DNA of 64,000 nucleotides from Solirubrobacterales bacterium (GTDB taxonomy: Bacteria > Actinomycetota > Thermoleophilia > Solirubrobacterales > Solirubrobacteraceae): NCBI GenBank assembly GCA_038199035.1, contig JBBPZM010000061.1, positions 3,995 through 67,994 of the forward strand. Direction: 5' to 3'. Of the stretch, positions 1 to 8,665 are shown piece by piece. Both the position numbers and the translations under genes were made by a program. Each line of letters opens with the position of its first letter. The stretch's first letter is position 1. The notes under the pieces were generated by a model. That model was given only the letters and a program-made list of their open reading frames with translations, did not search any database and was not told where the DNA came from.

Positions 1-1084
1 GCTCAGGGTCGCACAGCGCCTGGATCGGCGCCGGCTGGAGGCGCAGGCGCAGGTGGGAGTCGTGGCGGGTCAGGGCGGGGGTGAACTCGGCGGTCACGGC
101 CTTGGCCAGCTCGCCCACGTCGGTCGGCTGGCAGTCGAGCTCGAGCGACCCGGCCTCGAGTCGTGACAGATCGAGCAGCTCCTTGGCCAGCTTGCGCAGC
201 CGGTCGGTCTGCTCGCGGACCTGGCCCAGGAACTGCTGGCGCTCCTCCTCGTCGAGGTCCTCGTCCTGGAGCAGCTCGACGAACCCCCCCAGCGAGAAGA
301 TCGGCGTGCGCAGCTCGTGGGAGGCGGTGGCGATGAAGCGCTTGCGCGCGCTGTCGAGCTGCGCGAGCTGGCGCTGCATCTCGTTGAAGGCACGGGCGAG
401 CTGGCCGAGCTCGTCCTCGGAGTCGACGGGGATGGGGGAGAAGTTCCCGGCCGCGACCTGGCCGGCGGCCTGCTCGAGGCGCTTGACCCGGCGCGAGAGG
501 GCGCGCGAGGCCGCGTAGCCCGCCAGCAGGGCGAAGAACAGGGCGATCCCGCCGGCGATGGCGATCTGGCGGCGGATCAACGCGACGTTGCTCTGGACGT
601 CGCCCAGCGGGGAGGAGAAGACCACCACCCGCGCCACCCGGCCGCCGAACAGCAGCGGTCGCGCGGCCTCGGCGAGGCGCCCCATCCCGGTCGACTCGGT
701 CCCGCTGATCGGGCGCTCGATGCCGGCCGCCTCAAACGCGACGGGGAACGAGGCGCCGCCGGCGTCGGGCCGGGCGGTCGAGTCGGCGATCAGGTAGGTC
801 TGGACGCCCTGGGTGCCCTGGGAGACCCCGAACAGCGTGACGCGGGCGCCCGAGCGGTCGGCGGCCAGGCGCACGGCGTGGGTGACACCGGCCTTGTTCA
901 CGCTGGTGCCAATCGAGCGCCGCAGCAGCGGCGTCGACTCCTGGGCCGCGGTGGCCAGCTCTGCCAGCTTCTGCTTGCGCAGGCTCGATTCCAGCTGGGG
1001 CACGACGTAGAGGAAGATCCCCGTGATCGCCGTGAAGACGATCGCGAAGAAGATGAGGGTGAGCCGGTTGCGCAGCGAGCGCAT
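1..1084 (-). CDS. Sensor histidine kinase, C-terminal part cut by the window edge
   Basis: The minus-strand frame is open to position 1, so it has no stop in the window and is absent from the ORF track. The ATG at 1084-1082 lies 2 nt after the regulator stop (TGAGCATG). My translation gives an N-terminal TM 'RLTLIFFAIVFTAITGIFLYVV'. It also gives a second TM plus HAMP-like linker and an H-box 'RFIATASHELRTPIFSL' (about nt 300-360). Confidence 0.85.
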   Translation of the reverse strand, partial: MRSLRNRLTLIFFAIVFTAITGIFLYVVPQLESSLRKQKLAELATAAQESTPLLRRSIGTSVNKAGVTHAVRLAADRSGARVTLFGVSQGTQGVQTYLIADSTARPDAGGASFPVAFEAAGIERPISGTESTGMGRLAEAARPLLFGGRVARVVVFSSPLGDVQSNVALIRRQIAIAGGIALFFALLAGYAASRALSRRVKRLEQAAGQVAAGNFSPIPVDSEDELGQLARAFNEMQRQLAQLDSARKRFIATASHELRTPIFSLGGFVELLQDEDLDEEERQQFLGQVREQTDRLRKLAKELLDLSRLEAGSLELDCQPTDVGELAKAVTAEFTPALTRHDSHLRLRLQPAPIQALCDPE

Positions 1085-1086
1085 GC

Positions 1087-1809
1087 TCAGGCGGCCCGCG
1101 GGCCGCGGCGATCGCGGAAGCGATAGCCCACGCCGCGCACGGTGAAGATGTAGTCGGGCTCCTTGGCGTCGCGCTCGAGCTTCTCGCGCAGGTGGCGGAT
1201 GTGGACGTCGATCGTGCGCGGGTCGCGGAACGCCGAGTCCCCCCAGATGCGCGACAGCAGCTGTTCGCGCGAGAAGACCCGCCCGGGGTTGCGGGCCAGC
1301 GCGCCGAGGATCTCGAACTCGACGAAGGTCAGCTTGGCCTCGCGCTCGCCGACGTGGACCGTGCGCTTGGCGAAGTCGATGTGCAGCTCGCCCGCCGACA
1401 AGGGGAGCTCGTTCTCCTCCTGGGCGGCGGAGACCATCTCGGCGCGGCGCAGCGCCGCCTTCACGCGCGAGCGGAACTCCCGCATCGAGAACGGCTTGGT
1501 TATGTAGTCATCGGCTCCGAGCTCGAGCCCGAGGACCTTGTCGATCTCCTCGGTCTTGGCCGTGAGCATGATGATCGGCACGGGGCTGCGGGCACGAAGG
1601 CGCCGGCACACCTCGAGGCCGTCGATGCGCGGCATCATCACGTCGAGGACCACGAGGTCGAAGGGCTGCTCGGCGAAGCGATCCAGCGCCTCGCGCCCGT
1701 CGGTCGCGCGGACGACCTCGTAGCCGTCCTTGCGCAGGGGGTAGGAGAGCAGTGTCTGGATCGACTGCTCGTCGTCGACGAGCAGGATGCGGGCGGGGCG
1801 CTCGGGCAC
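1087..1809 (-). CDS. OmpR-family response regulator
   Basis: ORF 1087..1926 has a receiver domain ('ILLVDDEQSIQ', 'DLVVLDVMMPRIDG', 'LTAKTEEIDKV'). It also has a winged-helix domain ('LTFVEFEILGAL', 'FTVRGVGYRF'). The first 39 codons look non-native, so I chose the in-frame GTG at 1809 just before 'PERPARILLVDD'. Confidence 0.9.
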   Translation of the reverse strand: MPERPARILLVDDEQSIQTLLSYPLRKDGYEVVRATDGREALDRFAEQPFDLVVLDVMMPRIDGLEVCRRLRARSPVPIIMLTAKTEEIDKVLGLELGADDYITKPFSMREFRSRVKAALRRAEMVSAAQEENELPLSAGELHIDFAKRTVHVGEREAKLTFVEFEILGALARNPGRVFSREQLLSRIWGDSAFRDPRTIDVHIRHLREKLERDAKEPDYIFTVRGVGYRFRDRRGPRAA

Positions 1810-1924
1810 GGCGGCGATCGCCTCCCAGCTTAGAGATGGTCGCGCCCGCCCACGGCGGTTGCCCCCGGCCTGCGGCCCGATCCTCGGCGGTCTTCGCCCA
1901 CCAGGCCAATAGGGTGAGCGGAGC

Positions 1925-3685
1925 ATGCTCGACCCCCGGATCTACCGGGCCGCGGTGGTCCCCGCGTTGCTCGCCCTCATCGTCGCCGCCTTCTCGATCG
2001 AAAGCCCTCCGCGCGCCCTCCCCGCCGGCCTGCCGCCCGACTCCTTCTCGGGTCCCCGCGCCTCCGCCGGCCTGCGTGAGCTTGCTGCCGCCTTCCCGTC
2101 ACGGGCGCCCGGCAGCGGAGGCGACCGCCGCCTGGCCGCCCGCGTGCGCTCGGCCCTCGCCGACACCGGCTTCGACGTGCGTGTGCGCAGCTTCAGCGCG
2201 CGCACCGCCCGCGGATGGCAGCGTCTCCAGACCGTCGTCGGTCAGCGCACCGGGCTCTCGAGCCGCCAGATCGTGGTGGTCGCCCACCGCGACGCGCTGT
2301 CGCGTCCCGCCCTCGCGCAGCTGTCGGGAACGGCGGGGCTGCTCGAGCTCGCGCGGGTCTTCCAGGGCAGGACCCTGCACAAGACGCTGGTCCTCGTGTC
2401 GACCAGCGGGGGAAGTGGGGGCGCGGCCGGGGCGGCGGAGACCGCGCGCCACCTCGAGGGCCCGGTCGACGCCGTCGTCGTCCTCGGTGACCTGGCCGGT
2501 GGGCGGGTACGCCGGCCGATCGTCGTCCCCTGGTCCAACGGGGAGGGCATCGCGCCGCCTGAGCTCCCGGCGACGATGGACGCGGCCGTGCGCCTGGAGA
2601 CCGTCCTGGCCCCGGGCGACCCCGGCGTCCTCTCCCAGTTCGCCCGCCTGGCCTTCCCGGTGACGGTGGGCGAGCAGGGCGAGCTGGCCGCTCGCGGCCT
2701 GCCCGCCGCCCTGCTCTCGGTCAGCGGCGAGCGCGGCCCGGCGCCCGGCGATCCGGTGAGCCCCGAGCGCTTCGCCGCCTTCGGGAGGGCGGCGCTACGC
2801 ACGATCACCGCGCTGGACGCCCGTGACACCGCGCCCCGCGCACCACGCGCCGAGCTGGTCGCCGCCGGGAAGCTGCTGCCCGGGTGGGCGGTGCGCCTGC
2901 TGGTCGGGGCCCTGATCCTCCCGGCGCTGCTGGCCGCAGTGGACGGCTTCGCCCGGATGCGCCGCCGGCGCCGTCCCGTCGGCGTCTGGGTCGTGTGGGT
3001 GCTGGCGGGGGCGATCCCCTTCCTGGCGGCGGCGGGCTTTGCCTGGCTTCTGTCGGTGGTCGGCCTGATGCCCACGCCGCCTCCGGCTCCGGCGCCGGTG
3101 GGAGCCGTCCCCCTCGGCGCGGCGGCCGCGGCCGCGATCACGGTCGTCGCGCTCGTAGCCGTGGTGGGCTGGGTGGCCCTGAGACCCCTTGTCTTGCGCG
3201 CGGCGGGGGTGCGCGGCGACCCGTCGTCGCCCGGCGCGGCGGCCGCCCTCGCGCTGGTGCTCGTGGCGGTGGTCGGACTCGCCTGGCTGTTCAATCCCTT
3301 TGCCGCGGCGCTGCTCCTCGGCGCCCTGCACGGCTGGATGCTGCTGGTGGCGCCCGAGGTGCGCGTGCGCCGCAGCGTGGCCCTCGGCCTGGTCGCGCTG
3401 AGCCTGGCGCCGCTCGCCCTGGTCGTCCTCTACTACGGGCTGGCGCTGGGGGCCGGACCGCTTGCGCTGGCGTGGAACTGGCTGCTTATCGCCGTGGGCG
3501 GGCAGGTTGGGTTGCTCGGCGTCATCTGGTGGTCCGCGCTGCTCGGGTGCCTGGCAAGCGTCCTGGCCATCGTGCGCGCCAAGCGCTTCGAGCCGCCCGA
3601 GCCGGTCGAGGCGGTGATCCGCGGACCGGTGAGCTACGCCGGCCCCGGGTCGCTGGGCGGCACGGAGTCGGCGCTGCGGCGCTGA
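1925..3685 (+). CDS. Polytopic membrane protein with an N-terminal M28-peptidase-like domain (metal ligands appear degenerate)
   Basis: 586-aa ORF. It has an N-terminal TM and an M28-like stretch 'IVVVAHRDALSRPALAQLSGTAGLLELARVF'. 'SGTAG' replaces the usual Asp-containing metal-binding motif. At least 8 hydrophobic helices follow. Confidence 0.7.
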   Translation: MLDPRIYRAAVVPALLALIVAAFSIESPPRALPAGLPPDSFSGPRASAGLRELAAAFPSRAPGSGGDRRLAARVRSALADTGFDVRVRSFSARTARGWQRLQTVVGQRTGLSSRQIVVVAHRDALSRPALAQLSGTAGLLELARVFQGRTLHKTLVLVSTSGGSGGAAGAAETARHLEGPVDAVVVLGDLAGGRVRRPIVVPWSNGEGIAPPELPATMDAAVRLETVLAPGDPGVLSQFARLAFPVTVGEQGELAARGLPAALLSVSGERGPAPGDPVSPERFAAFGRAALRTITALDARDTAPRAPRAELVAAGKLLPGWAVRLLVGALILPALLAAVDGFARMRRRRRPVGVWVVWVLAGAIPFLAAAGFAWLLSVVGLMPTPPPAPAPVGAVPLGAAAAAAITVVALVAVVGWVALRPLVLRAAGVRGDPSSPGAAAALALVLVAVVGLAWLFNPFAAALLLGALHGWMLLVAPEVRVRRSVALGLVALSLAPLALVVLYYGLALGAGPLALAWNWLLIAVGGQVGLLGVIWWSALLGCLASVLAIVRAKRFEPPEPVEAVIRGPVSYAGPGSLGGTESALRR

Positions 3686-3725
3686 GCGCCGGCCGTCGGC
3701 GGGGCAGGCGGGGCCAGCCATTACA

Positions 3726-4640
3726 TTGCTCGGGATGGGACCCGTGGAGGCACCGCCGCGCCCGGCGCTGGCCGGCGGCGATCGCCCCCCGAGCGGGGAG
3801 CGAAGGGAGGGCGGGGTGCGTCGCGCGCTGCGCGCGCTCTCGACGGTCCTGATCGTCTCGGGCGCCCTGCTGATCCTCGACGCCGGCCTGACGCTGGTGT
3901 GGCAGGAGCCGGTCTCGGCCGTCTACGCGCGCTTCCACCAGCAGGAGCTGGCCGGTCAGCTCGCCGGCCTTCAGGACGTCACCGAGCTCCAGCTTCGCGC
4001 CCTGGATCAGCTGCGCACCGAGCGCCGCCGCGTCGCCTTTCTGGCGCGGGCGCTGCGGCGGCGCGCGAAGCCCGGCGATCCCATCGGACGCATCGAGATC
4101 GCCCGCATGAGGATCAACTTCGTGGTCGTCGAGGGGACCGACACGGCGAGCCTCCAGAAGGGGCCCGGCCACTATCCCGACACGACGTTCCCCGGGCTGC
4201 GGGGGACGGTGGCGATCGCGGGCCATCGCACCACGTACCTCGCCCCGTTCCGTCGGCTCAACCTGATGCGCAAGGGCGATCCGATCGTGCTGGACATGCC
4301 CTACGCGCGCTTCGTCTACCGCACCGAGCTGCGCACGATCGTCTCGCCCACGGCCTACCGCTACGTCACCCGCCGCGTCGGTCACGACCGCCTCGCCCTC
4401 ACCGCGTGCCATCCCCTCTACAGCGCCGCTCAGCGCATCGTCGTCTTCGCCCGGCTGGTCGACGTGCAGCCCCGCGGGCGTGCCCGCCCGGCGGCGGCCG
4501 CCCACGGGCCGGCGCCGCCCGTGGCGGCGGGCGGCCGCTTCCCGTGGCTGCTCGTCGGCGTGGTCGTCGTTCTCCTGCTCGGGGCGCTGGCCGCCGCGGC
4601 GCTAGTCGCGCGGCGACGCCGCGGGCGACGCGTCGGCTGA
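3726..4640 (+). CDS. Class E-type sortase (transpeptidase)
   Basis: It has the TM 'LSTVLIVSGALLILDAGLTLVW', catalytic His 'VAIAGHRTTY', Cys motif 'LALTACHP' and Arg 'AAQRIVVFA'. There is an extra C-terminal TM 'WLLVGVVVVLLLGALAAAALVA'. The start is uncertain (TTG 3726, ATG 3735 or GTG 3744). Confidence 0.8.
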   Translation: MLGMGPVEAPPRPALAGGDRPPSGERREGGVRRALRALSTVLIVSGALLILDAGLTLVWQEPVSAVYARFHQQELAGQLAGLQDVTELQLRALDQLRTERRRVAFLARALRRRAKPGDPIGRIEIARMRINFVVVEGTDTASLQKGPGHYPDTTFPGLRGTVAIAGHRTTYLAPFRRLNLMRKGDPIVLDMPYARFVYRTELRTIVSPTAYRYVTRRVGHDRLALTACHPLYSAAQRIVVFARLVDVQPRGRARPAAAAHGPAPPVAAGGRFPWLLVGVVVVLLLGALAAAALVARRRRGRRVG

Positions 4641-4760
4641 GCCCGCACCCGGGCAGCCGTCCCTGTGCGGCGCTCGCCATGGGGTCGGCGCCCCAGGACG
4701 CTCGTCCAACGTGGCGGCAAACGTTCAGGCCGCGGCCCGGGGGGCGACGACCACAGGGTC

Positions 4761-4967
4761 ATGGAGGACCGCCGGACGTGGCACGTGCACTGCCTGCGTG
4801 AGCGCATCGAGCGCTCGCGCTACCGCGTGGACCCGGAGGCGGTGGCGGCGGCTTTCGTCGAGCGCCTCCTTCAGGGGGCCGCTGCTCCCGGCATCCTCGG
4901 GGCCAGCGCCCCGGCGCCTCCTCAGACTTCGTGCTCGAAGCCGTCGAGCTCCAGCTCGCCGCCCTGA
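4761..4967 (+). CDS. Small ORF with a FlgM-like (anti-sigma-28 family) C-terminal motif, tentative
   Basis: From the internal ATG of ORF 4665..4967 it reads '[37 protein letters not shown]'. This resembles the FlgM C-terminal helix pattern (I..G.Y.VD.e.vA..l). Third-position GC is high. The last 45 nt overlap the convergent thiL 3' end. Confidence 0.3.
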   Translation: MEDRRTWHVHCLRERIERSRYRVDPEAVAAAFVERLLQGAAAPGILGASAPAPPQTSCSKPSSSSSPP

Positions 4968-5869
4968 CCGCGCCAGCTCACCGCGGGCGGCCCGGCGACC
5001 ACCTCGCCGACCCAGGTGACCGGTCCGGCCTCCTCTGCACGCCGGCGCAGCTCCGGAGCGATGCAGAAGCACAGCTCGTAGTCGTCACCGGCGGTCGCGG
5101 CCAGGTGGCGCGGGTCGCGCCCGAGCTGCGCCGCCACCTCGGCCACCCCGTCGGCCACGGGCAGGCGCTCGAGCTCCAGCTCGAGGCGGGCGCCGCTGCG
5201 CCGGCCGAGGTGGCCGGCGTCGGTGGCCAATCCGTCGGAGAGGTCGATCATGGCGCCAGCGCCGGCCTCGGCCAGCGCGGCCCCGAGGGCCAGGCGCGGC
5301 CACGGGCGGCGATAGGCCGCAGCGAGCTCCGCTGGCCCTGACGCTCGCCCTTCGACCACGGCCAGCCCGGCTCCGGCCGCCCCCAGCGCGCCGCTGACGC
5401 CCACGAGGTCGCCCGCCCGCGCCCCGTCGCGGCCGACCAGGCGCTCGGCGTCGGCGGCCCAGCCGACTACGGTCAGGCAAACGGTGAGCACGGGAGCGGA
5501 GGTGATGTCGCCGCCGGCGATCGTCACCCCGCACTGCGCGGCCAGCGACTCGGCCCCGCGGCAGAGGGCGAGTACGTCGGCCTCGGCGCTTCGCTCCCCG
5601 AGGCCGAGGGCGATGTAGGCCTCGCCGGCGCTGGCGCCCATGGCGGCGATGTCCGACAGCGCGCCGGCCAGCGCGCGATGGCCGACGTCCTCGTGGGAGA
5701 GCTCGCCGAGGCGGAAGTGCACGCCCTCGACCATCGCGTCGATCGAGGTCACCGAGTACGCGCCGCCCGCCTGCACCACGGCGGCGTCGTCGCCCGTCCA
5801 CCGCACCACCCGCCCTGAGCGCGGCTCGATCGTCCGCTCGATGGCCTCGATCAGCGCGCGCTCGCGCAC
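4922..5869 (-). CDS. thiL: Thiamine-monophosphate kinase
   Basis: 315-aa ORF with AIR-synthase-fold motifs 'GDDAAVV', '[11 protein letters not shown]', '[16 protein letters not shown]' and '[10 protein letters not shown]'. It lies 13 nt downstream of infA. Confidence 0.9.
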   Translation of the reverse strand: MRERALIEAIERTIEPRSGRVVRWTGDDAAVVQAGGAYSVTSIDAMVEGVHFRLGELSHEDVGHRALAGALSDIAAMGASAGEAYIALGLGERSAEADVLALCRGAESLAAQCGVTIAGGDITSAPVLTVCLTVVGWAADAERLVGRDGARAGDLVGVSGALGAAGAGLAVVEGRASGPAELAAAYRRPWPRLALGAALAEAGAGAMIDLSDGLATDAGHLGRRSGARLELELERLPVADGVAEVAAQLGRDPRHLAATAGDDYELCFCIAPELRRRAEEAGPVTWVGEVVAGPPAVSWRGQGGELELDGFEHEV

Positions 5870-5882
5870 GGCCGGGCCGGCC

Positions 5883-6107
5883 TCAGCGGTGGCGGTAGAT
5901 GATCCGCGCGCGGTCGAGGTCGTAGGGCGAGAGCTCGCAGCGGACCCGGTCGCCCGGGAGGATCCGGATGCGGAAGCGGCGCATCTTGCCGGCCACGTGC
6001 CCGAGCACGGTGTGCCCGTTGTCGAGCTTGACGCGGAACATGGCGTTGGGGAGGGCCTCGACGACCTCTCCCTCGAACTCGACCTTCTCTTCCTTGGCCA
6101 CGGTCAA
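5883..6107 (-). CDS. infA: Translation initiation factor IF-1
   Basis: 74-aa ORF reading '[70 protein letters not shown]'. This is the unmistakable IF-1 S1-fold sequence. Confidence 0.97.
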   Translation of the reverse strand: MTVAKEEKVEFEGEVVEALPNAMFRVKLDNGHTVLGHVAGKMRRFRIRILPGDRVRCELSPYDLDRARIIYRHR

Positions 6108-6207
6108 AGCCTAGACGGTTGAGCCCGAATCCCGGTGCCCGCGGGTGCCGATCCAGCGCAGACATGGCACGCCATCGGCGGTGGCGGGATGAGGAATCAG
6201 CCGTCGA

Positions 6208-6232
6208 GACGGTGCCTCCGCGGCTCACCGTC
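6208..6232 (-). terminator. GC-rich hairpin downstream of the PBP gene (candidate terminator, no U-tract)
   Basis: Perfect 7-bp inverted repeat gacggtg / caccgtc with an 11-nt loop. It lies about 70 nt after the PBP stop in the 195-nt PBP-infA spacer. Confidence 0.25.
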
Positions 6233-6302
6233 CGGTGGCAGCCCCTCCTCTCCTCGCAGGACAGTGGACCGCCCGCTGTCAAGCCGGCCGCCCGCGCGAT
6301 CG

Positions 6303-6605
6303 TCAGCCAGGGGCGCCGGTCCCGCCGCCGGTGGCTCCCCCGCCACCGCCTTTCCCACCGCCGTTTCCGCCACCGCCTTTCCCACCGCCGCCACCGATGC
6401 CCCCGCCTCCCTGGCCGCCGCCTCCCTGGCCGCCTCCGCCCCCACCGCCACCGGTGCTGCTCGGAGCCTGCTGGGGCCGGGCCTCGTAGTACTGGGGGTT
6501 GTAGCGGCCGCCGCCACCGCCGCTGTAGCTGCCGCCGCCTCCCCCGCCCGAGCTGCCGCCGTAGCCGTAGGAGTGGCCGTTGTAGCCGTAGTTGCGATCC
6601 GAGGA
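6303..6605 (-). repeat. Low-complexity Gly-rich coding repeats (15-nt and 27-nt tandem units)
   Basis: On the plus strand, 'gcctccctggccgcc' is tandemly duplicated (6404-6433). A 22-nt unit 'gccaccgcctttcccaccgccg' recurs with a 27-nt period (6342-6390). Translation gives '...GGGGQGGGGQGGGGIGGGGGKGGGGNGGGKGGGGG...'. Confidence 0.85.
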
Positions 6606-8591
6606 CGTACCCGTCTTCGAGTACTTGCCGAAGAAGGCACTGAACTTCGCCCCTTCCTTGGGCACCGTGAAGTCGGCGCAGTCCCCGCCCGCCGCCTGGC
6701 TCATGTAGTCGTGCCACATCGACGCGGGCGTGCTCCCGCCGGTGATCCCGGGCATGGAGACCTTGGCGTTGGGATAGCCCATCCACACCGATGTCGTCAG
6801 ATGCGGTGTGTAGCCGACGAACCACGCGTCGGTGTAGTCGTCGACGGTGCCGGTCTTCCCCGCGGCCGGGCAGCCGATGTTCGCTCCCGTGCCCGTGCCG
6901 CGCTGGATGTTCTGCTCGAGGATCTTGGTCGCCTCGTAGGTCGTGGCCTGCGAGAAGGTGCGGGTGCCCTTGGGGTTGCCGAGGTCCTCGGACTTGCCGT
7001 CGGGGAAGACCACCTTCTTGACGGCGATCGGCTGGTGGCGGATCCCGCCCGAGGCCAGCGTGGCGTAGGCGTCGGCCATCTCGAGCGGGGAGACGCCCAG
7101 GCGCAGCCCGCCCAGGCCCTCGGCGGGATAGCCGTCGAGGTGGGTCTTGATCCCCATGTCGTAGGCCGCCTTGCGCACCTCGTCGGGCCCGACGTCGAGG
7201 TCGAGCTGGGCGAAGACCGTGTTGTCGGACTGCAGGGTGGCCTGGACGAGGTTGATGCGCCCCAGGTAGGAGTGCGAGTAGGTCTGCACCTTCCACGGGC
7301 CGTACTTGGTGTTGAGATCCAGCGGGCGCGACACATAGGTCGTGGTGTTGGGGTCGATTCCCTGGCGCAGGGCGGCCATGAGCACCATGACCTTGAACGT
7401 CGACCCCGCCTGACGGCGGCCCTGGGCGGCGTAGTTGTACTGGTTCTTCCCGTAGCTCCCGGTGGAGGCCATGGCCCGGATGTAGCCGTTGCGGGGATCG
7501 ATCGAGACGATCGCGCCGGAGGGCCCGCCCTGGCCGAGGTGGGAGTTGAGGGACTCGCGCGCCTGCTTCTGCTTGTCGAGGTCGATCGTCGTGTAGATCT
7601 TCAGCCCGCCCTTGCGCAGGGTGGAGATCCCGTAGCGCTCGATCAGCTGCTCCTTGACGTAGTCGAAGAAGTAGCTCTCCTTGCGCGCCGTGTAGTAGGT
7701 GTTGTGCTTGACCCCCAGCGAGCTGTGCTGGGCGTCGAGAGCGGCGGCCGAGGAGATCATGTGCAGCTTGGCCATCTGCTGGAGGACCTTGTTGCGCCGC
7801 GCCGTGGCCTCCTTGGGGTCGCGGAAGGGGTTGTAGACCGACGGGGCCTGGGGCAGACCCGCCAGCAGCGCGGCCTGCGACAGGGTCAGGTCCTCGACCG
7901 GCTTGTCGAAGAACACCCGCGAGGCGGCGGCGGCGCCCACTGCGGTCTGCCCCCCGACCGTCCCGTAGGGGACGCTGTTGAGGTAGCTGGTGAGGATCCA
8001 GTCCTTGGAGCGCTCGTTTTCGAGCTCCTCGGCCAGCTTGGCCTCGCGGATCTTGCGCTGGAAGTCGCGCTTGGGGTTCTGGATGTAGAGGTTGCGGACG
8101 AGCTGCATGGTGATCGTCGAGCCGCCCTGGACCGCCCGCCCGTTCTTGAGGTTCTTGATCGCCGCCCGTACGACGCCCTCGTAGTCGACGCCCCGGTGGT
8201 GGAAGTAGCGCTGGTCCTCGATGGCGACGGTGGCCTGCTTGAGCTTCTCGGGCAGCTGCCCGCTCTTGACCGGGTTGCGCAGCTCGTCGTTCTGGATGAA
8301 TCCGAGGCGCTTGCCGTTGGAGGCGTAGACGGAGGAGGTCGCGCCCTTGTTGATGGGCTGGAGCGCGTCGATGTTGGGAGCGCCGGCGGTGACGCTGACG
8401 ATGTAGCCGACGACCACCAGCGCGCTGGTGAAGGCGACCACCACCAGCAAGCCCGTCAGAGCCATGAAGCTGCGCTTGACTGGGCTGCCCCGGTGCTGAT
8501 GGCGCAGCCGCTGTCGCTGTCGTCGGGTCATGAGGGCGGACGGCGCATCGAGGCTGCGCGGAGCGGGTGCATCGCGCGCGCGGCGGCTCAT
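6303..8591 (-). CDS. Class A penicillin-binding protein (glycosyltransferase + transpeptidase) with a Gly-rich C-terminal tail
   Basis: Within ORF 6303..9395 there is an in-frame ATG at 8591 (alternative ATG at 8531), followed by the TM 'ALTGLLVVVAFTSALVVVGYIV'. GT51 motifs are 'AIEDQRYFHHRGVD' and 'GGSTITMQLVRN'. Transpeptidase motifs are 'STFK', 'SDN' and 'KTGT'. The upstream 268 codons are Arg/Pro-rich and were discarded. Confidence 0.92.
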   Translation of the reverse strand: MSRRARDAPAPRSLDAPSALMTRRQRQRLRHQHRGSPVKRSFMALTGLLVVVAFTSALVVVGYIVSVTAGAPNIDALQPINKGATSSVYASNGKRLGFIQNDELRNPVKSGQLPEKLKQATVAIEDQRYFHHRGVDYEGVVRAAIKNLKNGRAVQGGSTITMQLVRNLYIQNPKRDFQRKIREAKLAEELENERSKDWILTSYLNSVPYGTVGGQTAVGAAAASRVFFDKPVEDLTLSQAALLAGLPQAPSVYNPFRDPKEATARRNKVLQQMAKLHMISSAAALDAQHSSLGVKHNTYYTARKESYFFDYVKEQLIERYGISTLRKGGLKIYTTIDLDKQKQARESLNSHLGQGGPSGAIVSIDPRNGYIRAMASTGSYGKNQYNYAAQGRRQAGSTFKVMVLMAALRQGIDPNTTTYVSRPLDLNTKYGPWKVQTYSHSYLGRINLVQATLQSDNTVFAQLDLDVGPDEVRKAAYDMGIKTHLDGYPAEGLGGLRLGVSPLEMADAYATLASGGIRHQPIAVKKVVFPDGKSEDLGNPKGTRTFSQATTYEATKILEQNIQRGTGTGANIGCPAAGKTGTVDDYTDAWFVGYTPHLTTSVWMGYPNAKVSMPGITGGSTPASMWHDYMSQAAGGDCADFTVPKEGAKFSAFFGKYSKTGTSSDRNYGYNGHSYGYGGSSGGGGGGSYSGGGGGRYNPQYYEARPQQAPSSTGGGGGGGGQGGGGQGGGGIGGGGGKGGGGNGGGKGGGGGATGGGTGAPG

Positions 8592-8665
8592 GTTAGAGAA
8601 CCGCGAGCCAGGGTTCGAACGGTTGGTAGCGAGCTGGCGCGCGGGGGCTGGCAAGATCGTGCGGC

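Noticed and set aside
6303-6480. G-quadruplex potential of the G-run-rich minus strand encoding the PBP Gly tail.
   Set aside because: The G-tracts exist, but the loop lengths are long and irregular. I cannot evaluate folding without computation, so this is too speculative to list as a finding.
6235-6489. A proline-rich ORF ('PPPPFPPPFPPPPFPPPPPMPPPPWPPPP') that looks like a cell-wall or extensin-like protein.
   Set aside because: It is simply the complement of the Gly-rich (GGN) tail of the PBP gene. It has no independent start context.
8608-8626. A 'GGGTTCGAACGG' stretch resembling a tRNA T-arm in the PBP/glycosyltransferase divergent spacer.
   Set aside because: No acceptor, D or anticodon arms can be folded around it. 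It is just an 8-nt palindrome (GTTCGAAC) in a promoter spacer.
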